NCBI RefSeq assembly: GCF_963853765.1
Contig: NC_088859.1
Span: 15,562,001 to 15,626,000 of the forward strand
Reading direction: 5' to 3'
DNA: 64,000 nucleotides
Origin: Magallana gigas
Lineage: Eukaryota
Shown: positions 25,701-37,700 of the stretch, in pieces
Layout of the letters: every line of letters starts with the position of its first letter
Position numbering within the stretch: position 1 is the stretch's first letter
The notes under the pieces: generated by a model
The model's input: only the letters and a program-made list of their open reading frames with translations
Database searches by the model: none
What the model was told of the DNA's origin: nothing
Position numbers and translations under genes: made by a program

Positions 25701-25801
25701 AAAAAAGTAACAACGGCAATGGCAATGGTAACACCGGCAATGGTAACAACGGCAATGGCAATGGTAACAACGGCAATGGCAATGGTAACAATGGTAACTG
25801 A
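22766..25801 (+). CDS. Collagen paralog D (5' exons not found), predicted to end in a long Gly-Asn repeat tail
   Basis: Exon 22766-23026 reads GCK plus 24 perfect Gly-X-Y triplets plus GSCSSRSDNLPS (phase 1-1). Exon 23145-23174 reads VLRQLVHMIK (compare copy A QFVHLVK; weak donor gtcccc). Exon 23390-23424 reads VLKNLFIFRKIQ (phase 1-0). Exon 24080-25801 is phase 0. The join is open throughout, but the exon linkage is inferred. Confidence 0.6.
24080..25801 (+). CDS. Terminal exon, 573 codons plus stop: SLELKVEKLKWLLHEIIGK then ~555 aa of (GN/GNN)n
   Basis: Good acceptor ttttattttag|tca. The frame is open to TGA at 25799-25801, exactly where the repeat ends. AATAAA at 26091. It is missing from the ORF track because the frame has no start codon (TAG directly upstream). 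Confidence 0.75.
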   Translation, partial: SLELKVEKLKWLLHEIIGKGNNGNGNGNNGNGNNGNGNGNNGNGNNGNGNGNNGNGNNGNGSGNNGNGNGNNGNGNNGNGNGNNGNGNGNNGNGNNGNGSGNNGNGNGNNGNGNNGNGNGNNGNGNGNNGNGNGNNGNGNNGNGNNGNSNNGNGNGNNGNGNNGNGNGNGNGNNGNGNNGNGNGNNGNGNGNNGNGNGNNGNGNNGNDNGNNGNGNGNNGNGNGNNGNGNNGNGNNGNGNGNNGNGNGNNGNGNGNNGNGNNGNGNGNGGNGNNGNGNNGNGNGNNGNGNNGNGNGNNGNGNNGNGNNGNGNNGNGNGNNGNGNGNGNGNNGNGNNGNGNNGNNGNGNNGNGNGNNGNGNGNNGNNGNGNNGNGNNGNNGNGNGNNGNGNNGNGNGNNGNGNGNNGNGNGNNGNGNNGNGNGNNGNGNGNGNGNNGNGNNGNGNNGNGNGNNGNGNNGYNGNGNNGNNGNNGNGNGNNENINNGNGNGNNENSNNGNGNGNTGNGNNGNGNNGNNENSNNGNGNGNTGNGNNGNGNNGNNEKSNNGNGNGNTGNGNNGNGNGNNGNGNGNNGN

Positions 25802-26334
25802 CAAGGGAGCCGAAAACCTTATAAAAGAAAAACAATTCTATAGTTTTGTTTTAAATGACAGTTTATGTTAACTTTAACTAACTCTGCTTGCAAACTTCAT
25901 TTGTAATAATGCATTCAATGAAATTCAACGAAATTGTAAATTTTGTTATTATCATGTTTTATTCATTAAATAATTTTTATTTTATTCATTTGTGAAATAC
26001 TTAATGTTTTGAATTTTTACTTCCCATTCATGTAAAATTATATTTTTGTTTCATTTAAACTGTTTCACTAATTTGAGTCTATATTGGCACAATAAAAAGA
26101 AACTTAAGAATTTGAAAAATAGTATATTTGATTATTTTGTGAGATAGATGTGATTTACGGTTGTCACCAATATTCGTTGAACACATTCGTTAATTTCAAT
26201 GTTGAGTCGATGTACAAAATCAAATGTGCAGCGAAATATAATATTTACTGACGATTAATGACTCTTAATTAACATACCCTGAAAAATGTCAATTTTACTT
26301 AGACAACGAAAAATGAGATGTTCATCTGATAGCT

Positions 26335-26985
26335 AAAGGGGCATGGTCATGATTTTGGTCAAAAACTATTTTTCCGATTTAAATGTTTACAATGCTTTAG
26401 TAAGGCATTTTTAATAGGCGGCCAAAATTTGAGTGGCATTCGTTGAGTTGCATGTATAGGCGAGTTACAGAGCTTACAATTCAAAGCTTTTGTAGTTCCA
26501 TACATTTATGAGGAATATTTTTTTTCTTTTGTCCGCATTTTGCATTTTCCCATATTCAATTTTAATAAAATTGATATCTATAATTAGGGAAATTTCTGTA
26601 CTTTGTAAATTGGATTCTACTTTTAACGGGAACTCTTTTTTAAAGGGCATATAGGCCGACTTCCTGGGGTGCGTGCAGTCTGTTTACAAACAGCTTGAAA
26701 ACACGAGGTTTTGGGTGTAGGCATGTTCGCAGCTAGAAAACTTGAGAAAATGCCGTATCGCATGCCCATTTTTTGATGTTAGATAATGAGTAAGGTATCA
26801 TAGAACACTGCTATCTATTTTTTCTCACGAGAAAAATTTTTCGATATTTTTACAATTTTTTTTTACATAGACTTATATAGCGAAAACAATTACCGGTGTG
26901 ATACCTTGAAGTGAAAATTCCAGTTTTATATATAATAAAAACAGAAAAATAAAATTTGACAAAAAAAACGAGACCATGCCCCTTT
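26335..26985. mobile_element. Non-autonomous TIR element (aaggggcatggtc...gaccatgcccctt), Kolobok-like
   Basis: Matching termini; the same 5' end occurs at 59771 and 60653 after TTAA. Confidence 0.7.
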
Positions 26986-27827
26986 TAGACCAACGCCTCA
27001 GGTTTAAGCTTCGCTAGCCAAGGGTGAGGATCCACGGTGTTTCTATTAACTGTAGCTTCCAGTTTGCCACCCCCCCCCCCCGAATTTTTCAGACCTGGGG
27101 GTACAGACCTGCAGCTAAACAGAACTATGAAAATTTTGGTCTGCAATATGAAAACGACATACTTAAATCGAATAATTTACCTGAAGAGATACAGACTGCA
27201 ATTTAACACCTAAAGAATAAATTCAGAGGTCAGGCATGGATGGAATCCTAAATGGGTTTTACAATTCTATGAGATTTTGTTTATCGCTAATTCTTGTACT
27301 GTGTTTTAATTTGGACATTTTTCAAAACGCTTGAACGAAATAAAATGCATCACTGCAGTTTAGATCAAGAGGCCAAAGACGATATCAAGCATTACAGAAT
27401 GGCTGTTGCAAACTGTCATAAGAGGTCGATACAGAAGCAACACTGAGACAAATACCGTCACTCGATAAAGGTAAAAAATTCCTACTTAGTTTTTATTTAT
27501 GGACAAAGGACACTGTATGTATGATAAAGAAGTGCGCATAAAATTGTTCGTAAATATAAACCATGAAATTTAATAAATTGCATATTTTCTTTATTGCATA
27601 ATTATCCAAAATGAATATTTTCAATATAAAAAGTATGAAAGATGTAAATGGAGATTGTGGAAGTTCATACAAGTATACTTTATTTGAACACCATTTTCTT
27701 ATCAAGTAAGTTAAGACTGGTGTTGAGGAATACTATAGCACTATACTCTGTTCCAAGATAAAATATCCCCTTTTCACATCTTGCTTAATTACTCGATATT
27801 TATAATACATCAGGATTTAAACGATGT

Positions 27828-28618
27828 TTATGGTGGCATATCTCTGCCCCTTGTATGCAAGTTATTTATCTATCGAATATGTCAACATGCAAAATAAGCA
27901 TTTGACATGCAAGATAATTATGTCAACATGCAACATAACTATGTTGACATGGAAGAAATTTGTAATCAAATAAGAATTATAAAATTTTTTTAAAAATCTC
28001 AAATATCGCCAACATGTGGCATCTAAGATGCAAGATGCTACCTATTTATGTTAACATGCGAGATTAATATGTTGAATGGTAACTTATTAATGTCAACATG
28101 CATCTTAGTTATGTTCACATGCTACACTTATTTATGTGGACATGCAACTTAATTATGTTCACATGCAAGATAAATATGTTGAATTGCAACTCGGTTATGT
28201 CAGCATGCAACTTATTTATGTTAACATGCAATATATTTATGTCGACATGCAACCTAGTTATGTTGACTTGCAATTTATAAGTTGAATGTCAGCCTATTCA
28301 TCTCGCATGTGAACTTAACTAACTAAAGTTGCATGTCAACATATTTATCTCGCATGTCAACATAACTTAGTTGCATGTTACCATGAATAAGTTGCATGTC
28401 GACATAAATAAGTAGCATCTTGGATGTCACATGTGGGCGATATTCGAGATATTTTGAGATTTTTTATAATTCTTATTTGATTGCAATTTTCTTGCATGTC
28501 AACGTAGTTATGTTGCATGTTGACATAATTATCTTGCATGTCAACATTTCTATCTTGCATGTCGACATATCAAATAAAAAATAACTTGTACACAAGGGCA
28601 GAGATATGCCACCATAAA
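27828..28618. mobile_element. Foldback-like MITE, uninterrupted copy
   Basis: TIRs tttatggtggcatatctctgccccttgt / acaagggcagagatatgccaccataaa, with internal inverted arrays of catgtcaac subrepeats. Confidence 0.85.
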
Positions 28619-31172
28619 TATAATATCCTGCCGGTAACTTCTTTATTGCAGTTTTTAAAAATCGAATTATCATTTAATGTTTATGCAGTGTGTGCACTTT
28701 TAAGGCATGTACTGTATTTAAAAGATGAAATAGTTTAAAATTGAAGACCTGTTGTAATTCCTACAAAGATTTTCTTTTTTTACATAGATTATTAGACTTT
28801 CCTTTCAAAGTAATGAAAAAACCAGGGTTATAATATGAGTTATCAAAAGGACGAATGCCAAACCAAATATTTGTAATAAGAAACCAGGATAAGTGTTTGG
28901 TATTGTATGTGCATTCACTGGCTCATGCCCTTATCGACATGAGAGAAGTTAGAATAAGTGCACCGTGTTTCATTATGGATATAAACTTAAAGCTTTCAAT
29001 TTTCCATATCAATGAACCTCTACAGTTGAAAAAATATCTTTATCGTGTCCTTTGATACAATATAACAAGTGTCCTTTGATACATATAACAAGGCCTTCAT
29101 CTTTATTTTTTGCAAAATGTCTAGGCATTAAATGAAGTTTTTTTTTCTTCAAAACTTGTTATCATGTTTGATAACAGTACCGTACATATGTATCTATCAT
29201 GTGAGAAGAAAACTCAAACGATAGTGTTCTATTCCCATTTTAATTAGTAATTTTAATTAGAACTTGGAAACAGTTAAAAGTTAAACTTCTGACTAAATTT
29301 CGTATAACTAATTCATCTGAATTTTCTTTATTGCGTCAAATCAAAATACATTTCACCAGCATTAAAGAAGTATTGGCAAGGATTACACTTGTAGAAATCT
29401 AGATCCTTCTATCAAAAGGAATGCATGCCAAGGATAAATTATACATTTTCCTCCATATTTGTTTTTATCTCAGAGTCTCTCTGAAACCGATAGAACATCA
29501 TCATCATCATCATCTCCATCAAATCTCCAAGACTCCAATTTCTTAAATGATAATGCATATTCAAGAAAGTAACAAAAGTGAGTAAAATTTTATGTTTTTG
29601 TATCCGACATTTTGTTGTTGTCCGTTCCAATGCATCGGCATTTAATTATTTGTTTTCTGATCTGTTTTTCTGTCTCTTTTTTATTTATTTTTTTAAATTT
29701 TGTAAACACGTTTATTCTTTAAATTAAACTTGAAGCAAGGCGTCCATTTATATTCCACAACCAAGAAATCTTTACAGTACAACTAGTATGTAAAACATAC
29801 CTTTAGTCTCTGGTGTAATATTCTCAACACTGAAAAATGAAAAAAATTAAGAAGTTGAATTTTAGCCTCCGCCCTAATTAATAATGTTACTATCTGTATA
29901 GTAAATGCGTAATTTTGAAAAAGAAAGGTTCATATAGATATTACAGTTCTTACCTTTGACTAAGCGTACTAACTGAAAATCACATGTTTTAGAACAACGC
30001 CCTGGAAACCCTGATTCTCCAACACGACCGGGGGTTCCCGGTGCTCCAGGGGGCCCTTCCCCACCCCTCTCCCCTCGTGGACCTCGCCGACCGTTCTCTC
30101 CTTTCTCGCCTGGAATACCCGGTTGACCTACACACTCTGTTAATTTGGAAAAAGTTCAAAATATGAAATTAAATACAATTATTTGTACAATTAATACTTT
30201 TATTATCTCTTATAAATAAACAACCGTTAGTATTAATCAACTTACTATTTTTCAAATATACGATGAAACTTTTGCAGTGACTGACACGGGCAAACAATGA
30301 ATTTGTTTTGAAACATAAGAATAAATGATGGAGATATTTTGGTAGGCTTCAAAAAAACAGTTTCATTAAAGGTTGGATGTTTTTTAAATTTCATTTTAAA
30401 CGGCATTTTTGTGGCACCTTTTAGTAAACTTTCTATCACGACGTTTAAGTATTTTCAACTAGAAATTATTTGATGAAAATGATATCACTACTGTCTGCCT
30501 GCGATCAAAAAAACTCAAGTTCATAACAAAAGTGATTTAGAATTTTTAAATAAGACTGTCCATAAATATAGCTAAATTGCATTTTTATTAATAAGATTGA
30601 AATGAAATTTATTCAACAATCATTCTGTCAATGTGATTTATATCTGTTTATAACTACTGAATAACTATTTTACTAATTACAATTGAGCTTCCATGTACAT
30701 AGCTTTACATTATAGGCATGTACGAGTATGATAAAATCCTACCACACTCAGTGCACTCAATGGGACAAACTCCGTCTGAACCTGGCGTACCATCTTGTCC
30801 GGGTGACCCGGCCAGTCCTTGACTCCCTTGTTCCCCTTGACTCCCGGTATCCCCCTTTTCCCCCTTGTCCCCTTTATCTCCTTTCCCCCCGGGCTGACCA
30901 GGATTCCCTGTATCTCCTTTCTGTCCCTTGTCTCCGAGTTCCCCCTTCTCTCCCATACTTCTGGGTTGTCCTTTATCCCCCGGAACTCCTCTCGGACCTG
31001 GTTGTCCTGGTGGTCCCCGTACACCTCTGTCTCCCTTCTCCCCGGGCCCTCCTTTATCCCCAGGTGTCCCCGGGGTATCGGGGGTCCCCGGAATTCCCAG
31101 TGACCCTTTTGGCCCATCCGCTCCTTTTTCTCCGGGTTCACCTTTGCATCCTATTTAATTATAAATATTATA
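28560..31172 (+). repeat. Segmental duplication, copy 2 (pairs with 4420-7644)
   Basis: Colinear with copy 1, apart from the ~620 bp it lacks. Confidence 0.9.
29470..31150 (-). pseudogene. Collagen copy C: 5'-truncated duplicate of copy A
   Basis: Exons 31150-30743, 30127-29954, 29829-29801, 29541-29470 match A exons 3-6 in size, except the last. No signal or CPK exon (duplication ends at 31172). Two Gly substitutions (GTP-DTP, GQP-RSM). A 29-nt deletion in the GAT run frameshifts the tail to ...FDGDDDDDDVLSVSERL*. Confidence 0.8.
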
Positions 31173-32717
31173 TATAATGTACCATATGTAAGTGATTAAA
31201 ATTGGGTTGATGGTAGTGATCCCACTTGGAAACTTTGTTCTCTCATTTAGAGAAATCAAGGCAACATTCAGTGGCGTCGGAAGCTAGTATACCTACTACG
31301 ACTCCAATTTTCAATATCAACATTAAATAATTTAGTCTTTCTAAGGTATTATATTAAGGAATAATTTTGTTTGCTGCGAGAAAAAGTGGGGGGGGGGGGG
31401 GGCTGAAACCTCCCTGATGCTATGTTCCTAACGGATGGGTTTAACTTTGCAAAACACGTGGGGGGGGGGGGGCTTAGCCTATGACATTCAGCATCTGAAT
31501 CAAAATGAGTGGTATTTTAGTTTTCTCAGATGCATTATGGATGATCAATTGTTCAGGTTAGGTAGGGCCAATGCACACCTGCTCTCAAATATACAGCACC
31601 ATGAGTCATGATTTGTCATATACATTTGGTTTAGGTGAGACTTATATTAGTTCATTTTAGAGCGGAACTGCTCTAAAGAATTTAACCTGAGTTTTTTTGT
31701 ATAGTCAAAATAAATCCACATATACACCTAAATAGATTTGAAATATATATGTGTATATATATACGTAAAATTTTTCATGTACACATACATACATGCAGTA
31801 TTAAATCTTTTCAGGTATAACTGCATCCACGATATATCATCTCATTTAATCTTTTATACCTTTCATTCTTAATTCCGAGGACCAATCCTATTCTCTTATA
31901 TAGGTGTTTTTTTGGTCCTTTGTTTTTTGTGGGGTTTCTTTTTTTTTTGCATTTTGGGGCCCATAAGTGGAATAAATACAATTTTGTATGAACCGATTGG
32001 TGAGATTCGGTCCACCAACATCTAAATAAATTCAGAGATGTTTATTATGTGAGAGAAACAAAAACAGGTTTTTGTTACATGCATTTATTCTGAAACAATA
32101 GAAAAAATAACACAGCTACTAAATGTGGTCGTTTTCAGCTTCGAAATGTTAAACAAGGTGGTACATGTACATCTCAATAACAAAATTATAAATGGTTTAT
32201 AAAAAGTTAAATGAAAATGTTCATGGTTTATCACAAAAAGCATGCAGACATCAGCAAAACAAAGAACTCCCTCAATGGCTATTTTTTGAAACAATTATTA
32301 GAGCATTTCAATGAGAGAGAGAGAGAGCTTCTGAGCCATTAGGGTACCCCCCCCCCTTTCCCCCAATTGTTGATTAAAAGAACTAGACGAAGTGAGCAAT
32401 TCAAAATTTTTCACAAAAAATATCATGATAAAAAATGCTATTTTGAGACATCTTATATATTTAAGGGACCATTATAAAAATGATCAGTGATACTTGCAGA
32501 CCTATGCATTATACTTGGTTTGTTAATTCATTTTCAAATGCAAATATTTTTTGCAAACCATCTTTAGATTATTTTTTGTCAAATATTCATTTGGTCAAAG
32601 ATAAGTACAAAACATTACTGCAGAGATGTACATACATGTCAGAAGACCAGACAGTTTAAGACTTGGCTAAGACTGCCTGTCCAATTGAAAGTAACACATA
32701 CCGTACATAAGCTTGAA

Positions 32718-32932
32718 TACTGTGATTTCATCAAAATTCGTTGAATACCAATATTCATGGATTTCATTGTTGAGTGATCCATGAAAATAAATGCTCAATC
32801 ATTTGCAACATATAATTATAATTGATATTGTACTGATACAATCATTGACCACAAATTTACGTATCCTTGAAAGTGCCATTTGAAGTAAACCAACAAAATT
32901 TGATACCCACAAATAATAATCAAACCACAATT
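32718..32932. mobile_element. ~200-bp TACTGTG-type MITE, degenerate; related copy at 47708-47909
   Basis: ctgtgatttcat start and ccaca(g/a) end, with a shared internal ttcactgttgag/ttcattgttgag motif. Confidence 0.5.
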
Positions 32933-34788
32933 GTGCTCTTAGTATAAATTAACATTGATAATATCAAGTACAAAAGTATCCTAATTAAGGAAAAAATATA
33001 CAGAAATACAGCAAATTTGTTCTAATTGTTTTTTTTAATACGAGAAACTTTCATATGGGAAAAATTGTAAACATGTGTATCTGATATATGTTCACTTTTA
33101 GGTGTATGTGTCAGCAAGGCCCTTGGTCGAAATTCAAAATTTACAAGAGATCTTTGCTTCCACACACTTACTTACTGCAGAAATTGTAACCCATGCACCT
33201 ATCTGGCGGGGGAGGGGGGGGTCCAGGTTCTCTACCCTCCCCCCCCCCCCCCGGAAAAATTAAAAACTATATTTCATCAGGCAGTTTCACATACAAAAAA
33301 AAAATGAATATGACAAAAGCTGAATCAATTACACTTGGCAAATGAGTTGGCAATTCATAACTTTAAACATCAAAACTTTAAAGACACACAAACATTAAAT
33401 TTTGGCCAGGCTAAAAATGAAAATAAAAATAAACACAATCATTATTATGGAAGACAACCTCACAATTTGGACAAGAAAAGTCATGCAATAATTTGCATGC
33501 TTACAAAATACTGACCCTGTGTTCGGCATAAAATGTTTCAAAAATATAAACTTCAAAAACGTTTCCCATCTAAACATGGTGCCATGATTTCAAGGTACAC
33601 TGTACATGTACATAATAACAAACCTTATACAAAGAAGAAGCCACAAATGAATAGAAATTCCATAAAATTCTTTCAATTTGCATAAATTGGCTTGGGATTT
33701 TGATTCACTTAAAATGGTTTTTTTTTTGCTTCAAGTATAGCTGAAAAGTTCCACATTTGACTACACAAGAAATATATTAAATTGACTTCTAAACTCTACA
33801 ACGCAACAATGATTAATATTGGCGACATGTACAATACAAGTTATATGAAATACTTCCCTGCAAAAAAGGGGGGAGAGGTATGCAAATGAATAATGAACCA
33901 AGATGAAATAAATAGCACCTCATGGGGAAAAGACCCCACATGAAATAATTCATTATGCCACTATAACGACAACCATTAAATCCTACTCTACAGATGTATA
34001 TGGTCCACAACAAATATTACGGTATGATGAACAGCAATCATACACACACAAACACACACACACACATAGTAAACATAAGCACAAATTTTGGCAGTTTCTT
34101 TTTCATAAACTAATAAAAAAAAAAGGGTAAACAAACAGGTTTTTGGCAACATACTTCAAAAATATAAATATGGATGTCAAAAAGAATAACAAATACCATT
34201 TCTAAAGTTCCCTTCATTTGACCAAAGTAAAAATGTGACATCTTTTCACCATAACTGGGAGATAAAGCACTATCCAGCTTGTATATCAGACCTAATTTGA
34301 ATGCATAGCAAGGTATAGGAGATGACAATCTATGCTCTAAAGCTCTAAGAAAAAGCATGCTATTTTGTATTGCTCAGTCATTTGATAAAATAAATAATTC
34401 TCTGTAAAGCCTAGCTACTTTACAGATAACAATTGCTTTCAAACAAAATTATAAAAAGACAAACTTGAATGTATGAAAAAAAAAAATTAACAAAAATGTA
34501 AAAAAAAAAAACCCAACAACTTCATTTTCAATTTATGATTTTGAAATACATTATAAGCTGCAACATAAATGGTTTTAATTCTAAACCATTCATAGTGGAA
34601 ATATTACAACATCACATAAAGCAAATAAATATTTTTCAGATGTAAAATCAATTTCAAAAAATTTTGAATTGTTTGACAATAGCATTGGTCTTGATTACAG
34701 ATATGACAACTCTGTTACAGAAATACTTTGGCACTGCCTATTGGTAAACCTACTGGTAAATAATTTAAACATGAAACGATACAATCTT

Positions 34789-37700
34789 CTACTCAATGAT
34801 AATGACTTCACTATCGGAGGAATCAGTATTTCCCTCATCTTCGCTCTCACTGCTGGATGTGTCCTGGTTTTCTCTAATTGGCAAGAGGATCTTCTCTGGA
34901 AGATCGGTGACTTCTTTTTCCTCCTTCTTCGCCTCTTCTTCCTTTGGTGGGGGAACGTTGACATACTTGTGGGTGGTCAGAAAAGAACCGTATGTGCTTC
35001 CCTCCTGTGAGGTCACCTCATCTTTGGTGCTGGTGGGTGATGGTTCTGGGACTTCCTCAGAGTCCGTCCCATGCTCTGGGATGGACAGGGACAATTTTTG
35101 GTCCGACCGCTTTAAACTGTCAACGCGGAACATCTTGTGTTCCTGTCCTGCTCTCTGAATGGCAATGGTGGCCTCCATGTCAATCATTGCATACTCGATG
35201 GATGTTGATTTCTGCATTTTTAGGGACTTTTGAGAAGCTTTACGACTCTTACGAATTGGTTTCTCACGGAGATCAATCTCGGCATAATTCAACTGACGCT
35301 CCGGTTGTTCTCCCGTAAGTGACATTGACTGTGAAAATGGCGGAGATGAGGGTGGACTTGTTTCAAAGTTCATGTATGATATTTTGTTAGAAAAGGTTCT
35401 CTCCGAAAACTTTGAGTACAAACTTTCTGAACGAGAGAATTTCGGCAGGTTTGGAGAATCTCGGTCTTTGCTGAAAGCGCTGAACTGGGACACTTGATCA
35501 AACGTAAATACACTGGAATTCATGGAGGGGGAGCGAGGGGTTTGGGAGGGACTGGAGCTGAGACTCTCGTTCAATGGCCGCTTCCTCTCCAGTACAATGT
35601 AGCAGTTTCCAGCCCTGGGCCTCATGACGGTGTAAGCTGGGCTGTTCCTCAGGGCGTTCTCACTACAGATACTGTCGGTGTAAGAAGACAGGGAAATTTC
35701 ATCATCAGACGAGTGGTCCTGGTCCAACTCCACCACCACAGCTGTGGACCGGGAATCCTGATCATCCACTGTACTGCTCACAGATGCTGGGGATCCTTCT
35801 TTTACAGCTGCTGCAAATATTTAAATTAACATAATTTTAAAATATTCCAAGAAGTCACAAGTATTTACTTATACACATTTACATTTTTTTGAGCCAAACA
35901 TGTTGATATCTGTTGTAATATTGCTGCAAGAACTTTACGTAATTAAGGGGACTAATTGGTCAACAAATTAATCATCAGATATACCTTAAAATTATAAATA
36001 TGATATTTTAGATCATAAACTATCATTTACCAGAGTCAAAATCTTAATATTTCAGCTCTTTTTAAAAATTAGTTCCCTATATGTATCTTTAAACAGAACT
36101 CTTTGTTTCAAGGAGATTAATTAAGTCTAAATAAGGCCATGGCCAAGGAACAATGTTAAGCATAAAAATTTAAGCTTCATTCAAACTTTTACCTTGTCTG
36201 GGTACCCATATTGATTCCTCTGGCTCCTCTGCAACTTTCAAAGTTTTAGACATCGAATCATCTGTATCTGTTGGTCCTATCAGAGCATAACTGTGCTCTG
36301 ATCTGAATGACGAGATGCTTTTATTATCCAGTGTGTTGTTATCTTTCCACAGTTCCTCTTTTCCATTGGAGGGAGCGTTCTCCAAAACAGGGGACAAAGC
36401 ACTACTTTGGTAGTTCTTTTGCTTTGGAGGTACAAATGGAGCCAAAGAAGCTACATATTTAGCAATAGCTGCAGCTTCTTCGTAAGGCGAAAATGCTTTC
36501 TTAGGGCACATGTTCAGCTTGAAATCGTCAGATTTCAATGAGTTTGTTTTCTCAGAATCTGTATCACCATAATAGTCCTTTACTTTAGAATATTTCATCA
36601 GATCAATCAGCTTTTCATCATCAGTTTTGCTCGAGGTCTGGCACAGTGGCATTTTGTATGATGGTTCATCCACTCTCAAAACAGTAAATATTCCCATTTC
36701 CTGGGTCTTCCGAAACTTCTGGAAGGATTTGGGTGACATGCATTTTCCCTCTGCATTACTTTTGGATGCTGAATCTTCCGAATCTGTTTGTCCATCACAA
36801 GGTCCTGTGTAGCCAGTCCTGCTTGTAGAATTGGATTCAGTACTTCCCGTGTCATTGGACTGTGTCATTTGGTCTGGTCCTATTAAATGCCTGTGGTCAT
36901 CAGTGGTCCCATTGGAGCAAAATGAATCTTGAGAAGTTTGATGAAAATTGTCTTTGGGAGCAGCGGCAGCAGCAGTAGAATTCATCTCCAGAAAGCTACT
37001 TCTGTTTGGAAAGCTAGAGGATCTTCTTCTTTCCACAACTTCAGACTGGTTCTGTTCAATACTGCTGTTGGCAGCAGACGACACACTTGATGTTGAGAGA
37101 TCCTTGACACTTGCATTTTCCTTACACACATGAATGTTTGATAAGGTTTTTTCTAAACAACTCTCACTAGAACTAGAGTTAAGAAGATTTTCTTGACTCT
37201 GAGACATGCTTTTCCTGTTACCCGAATTCCTTCGGATCAGTCTGGTAAGAAATCCTGGACTTTTACCAGGGTTTTCTGTACTTTTGTCATTTGGTGCAGA
37301 TTGCACTGAGGTTGTACTGGCACTTTTATGAACTTCCTGAGAAGAATCTTTGAGAATATTATGTTTCTGGAAATTTATCAAGTTTGGGAAAGGCAAAGAG
37401 GATTTTCCTTTTAACACCTCTTTGGCTTTTTCTGGTGACATGTTTTTGTTTGAGGAATTGTCTTCAGAGTTACGTCTTTCAATCTTTGGCGAGGCTGCTC
37501 CATTATCATCTCCGACAATTACAGAGTCTCTCACTGTTTGAGCGTTATGAACATAACTTTTTAGGGACTTTATATTTTCAAGGACTGATTTCTTCTGACT
37601 AGTTAAATGATGCATGAGCAGATAGTTTTCTTCCCTTACAGGGGTACTAGCAGCACTGCTGGGTGTGTCACTTAAACTGAGAGAATGATGAAACACCGGG

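Noticed and set aside
24076-25871. Long ORFs in the track: poly-Leu/Pro (-), poly-Ile/Ala/Val/Thr (-), poly-Met/Ala/Thr (+)
   Set aside because: Shadow frames of the GGC/GGT/AAC/AAT repeat, which cannot make stop codons. Only the Gly-Asn frame has a splice acceptor and a stop at the repeat boundary.
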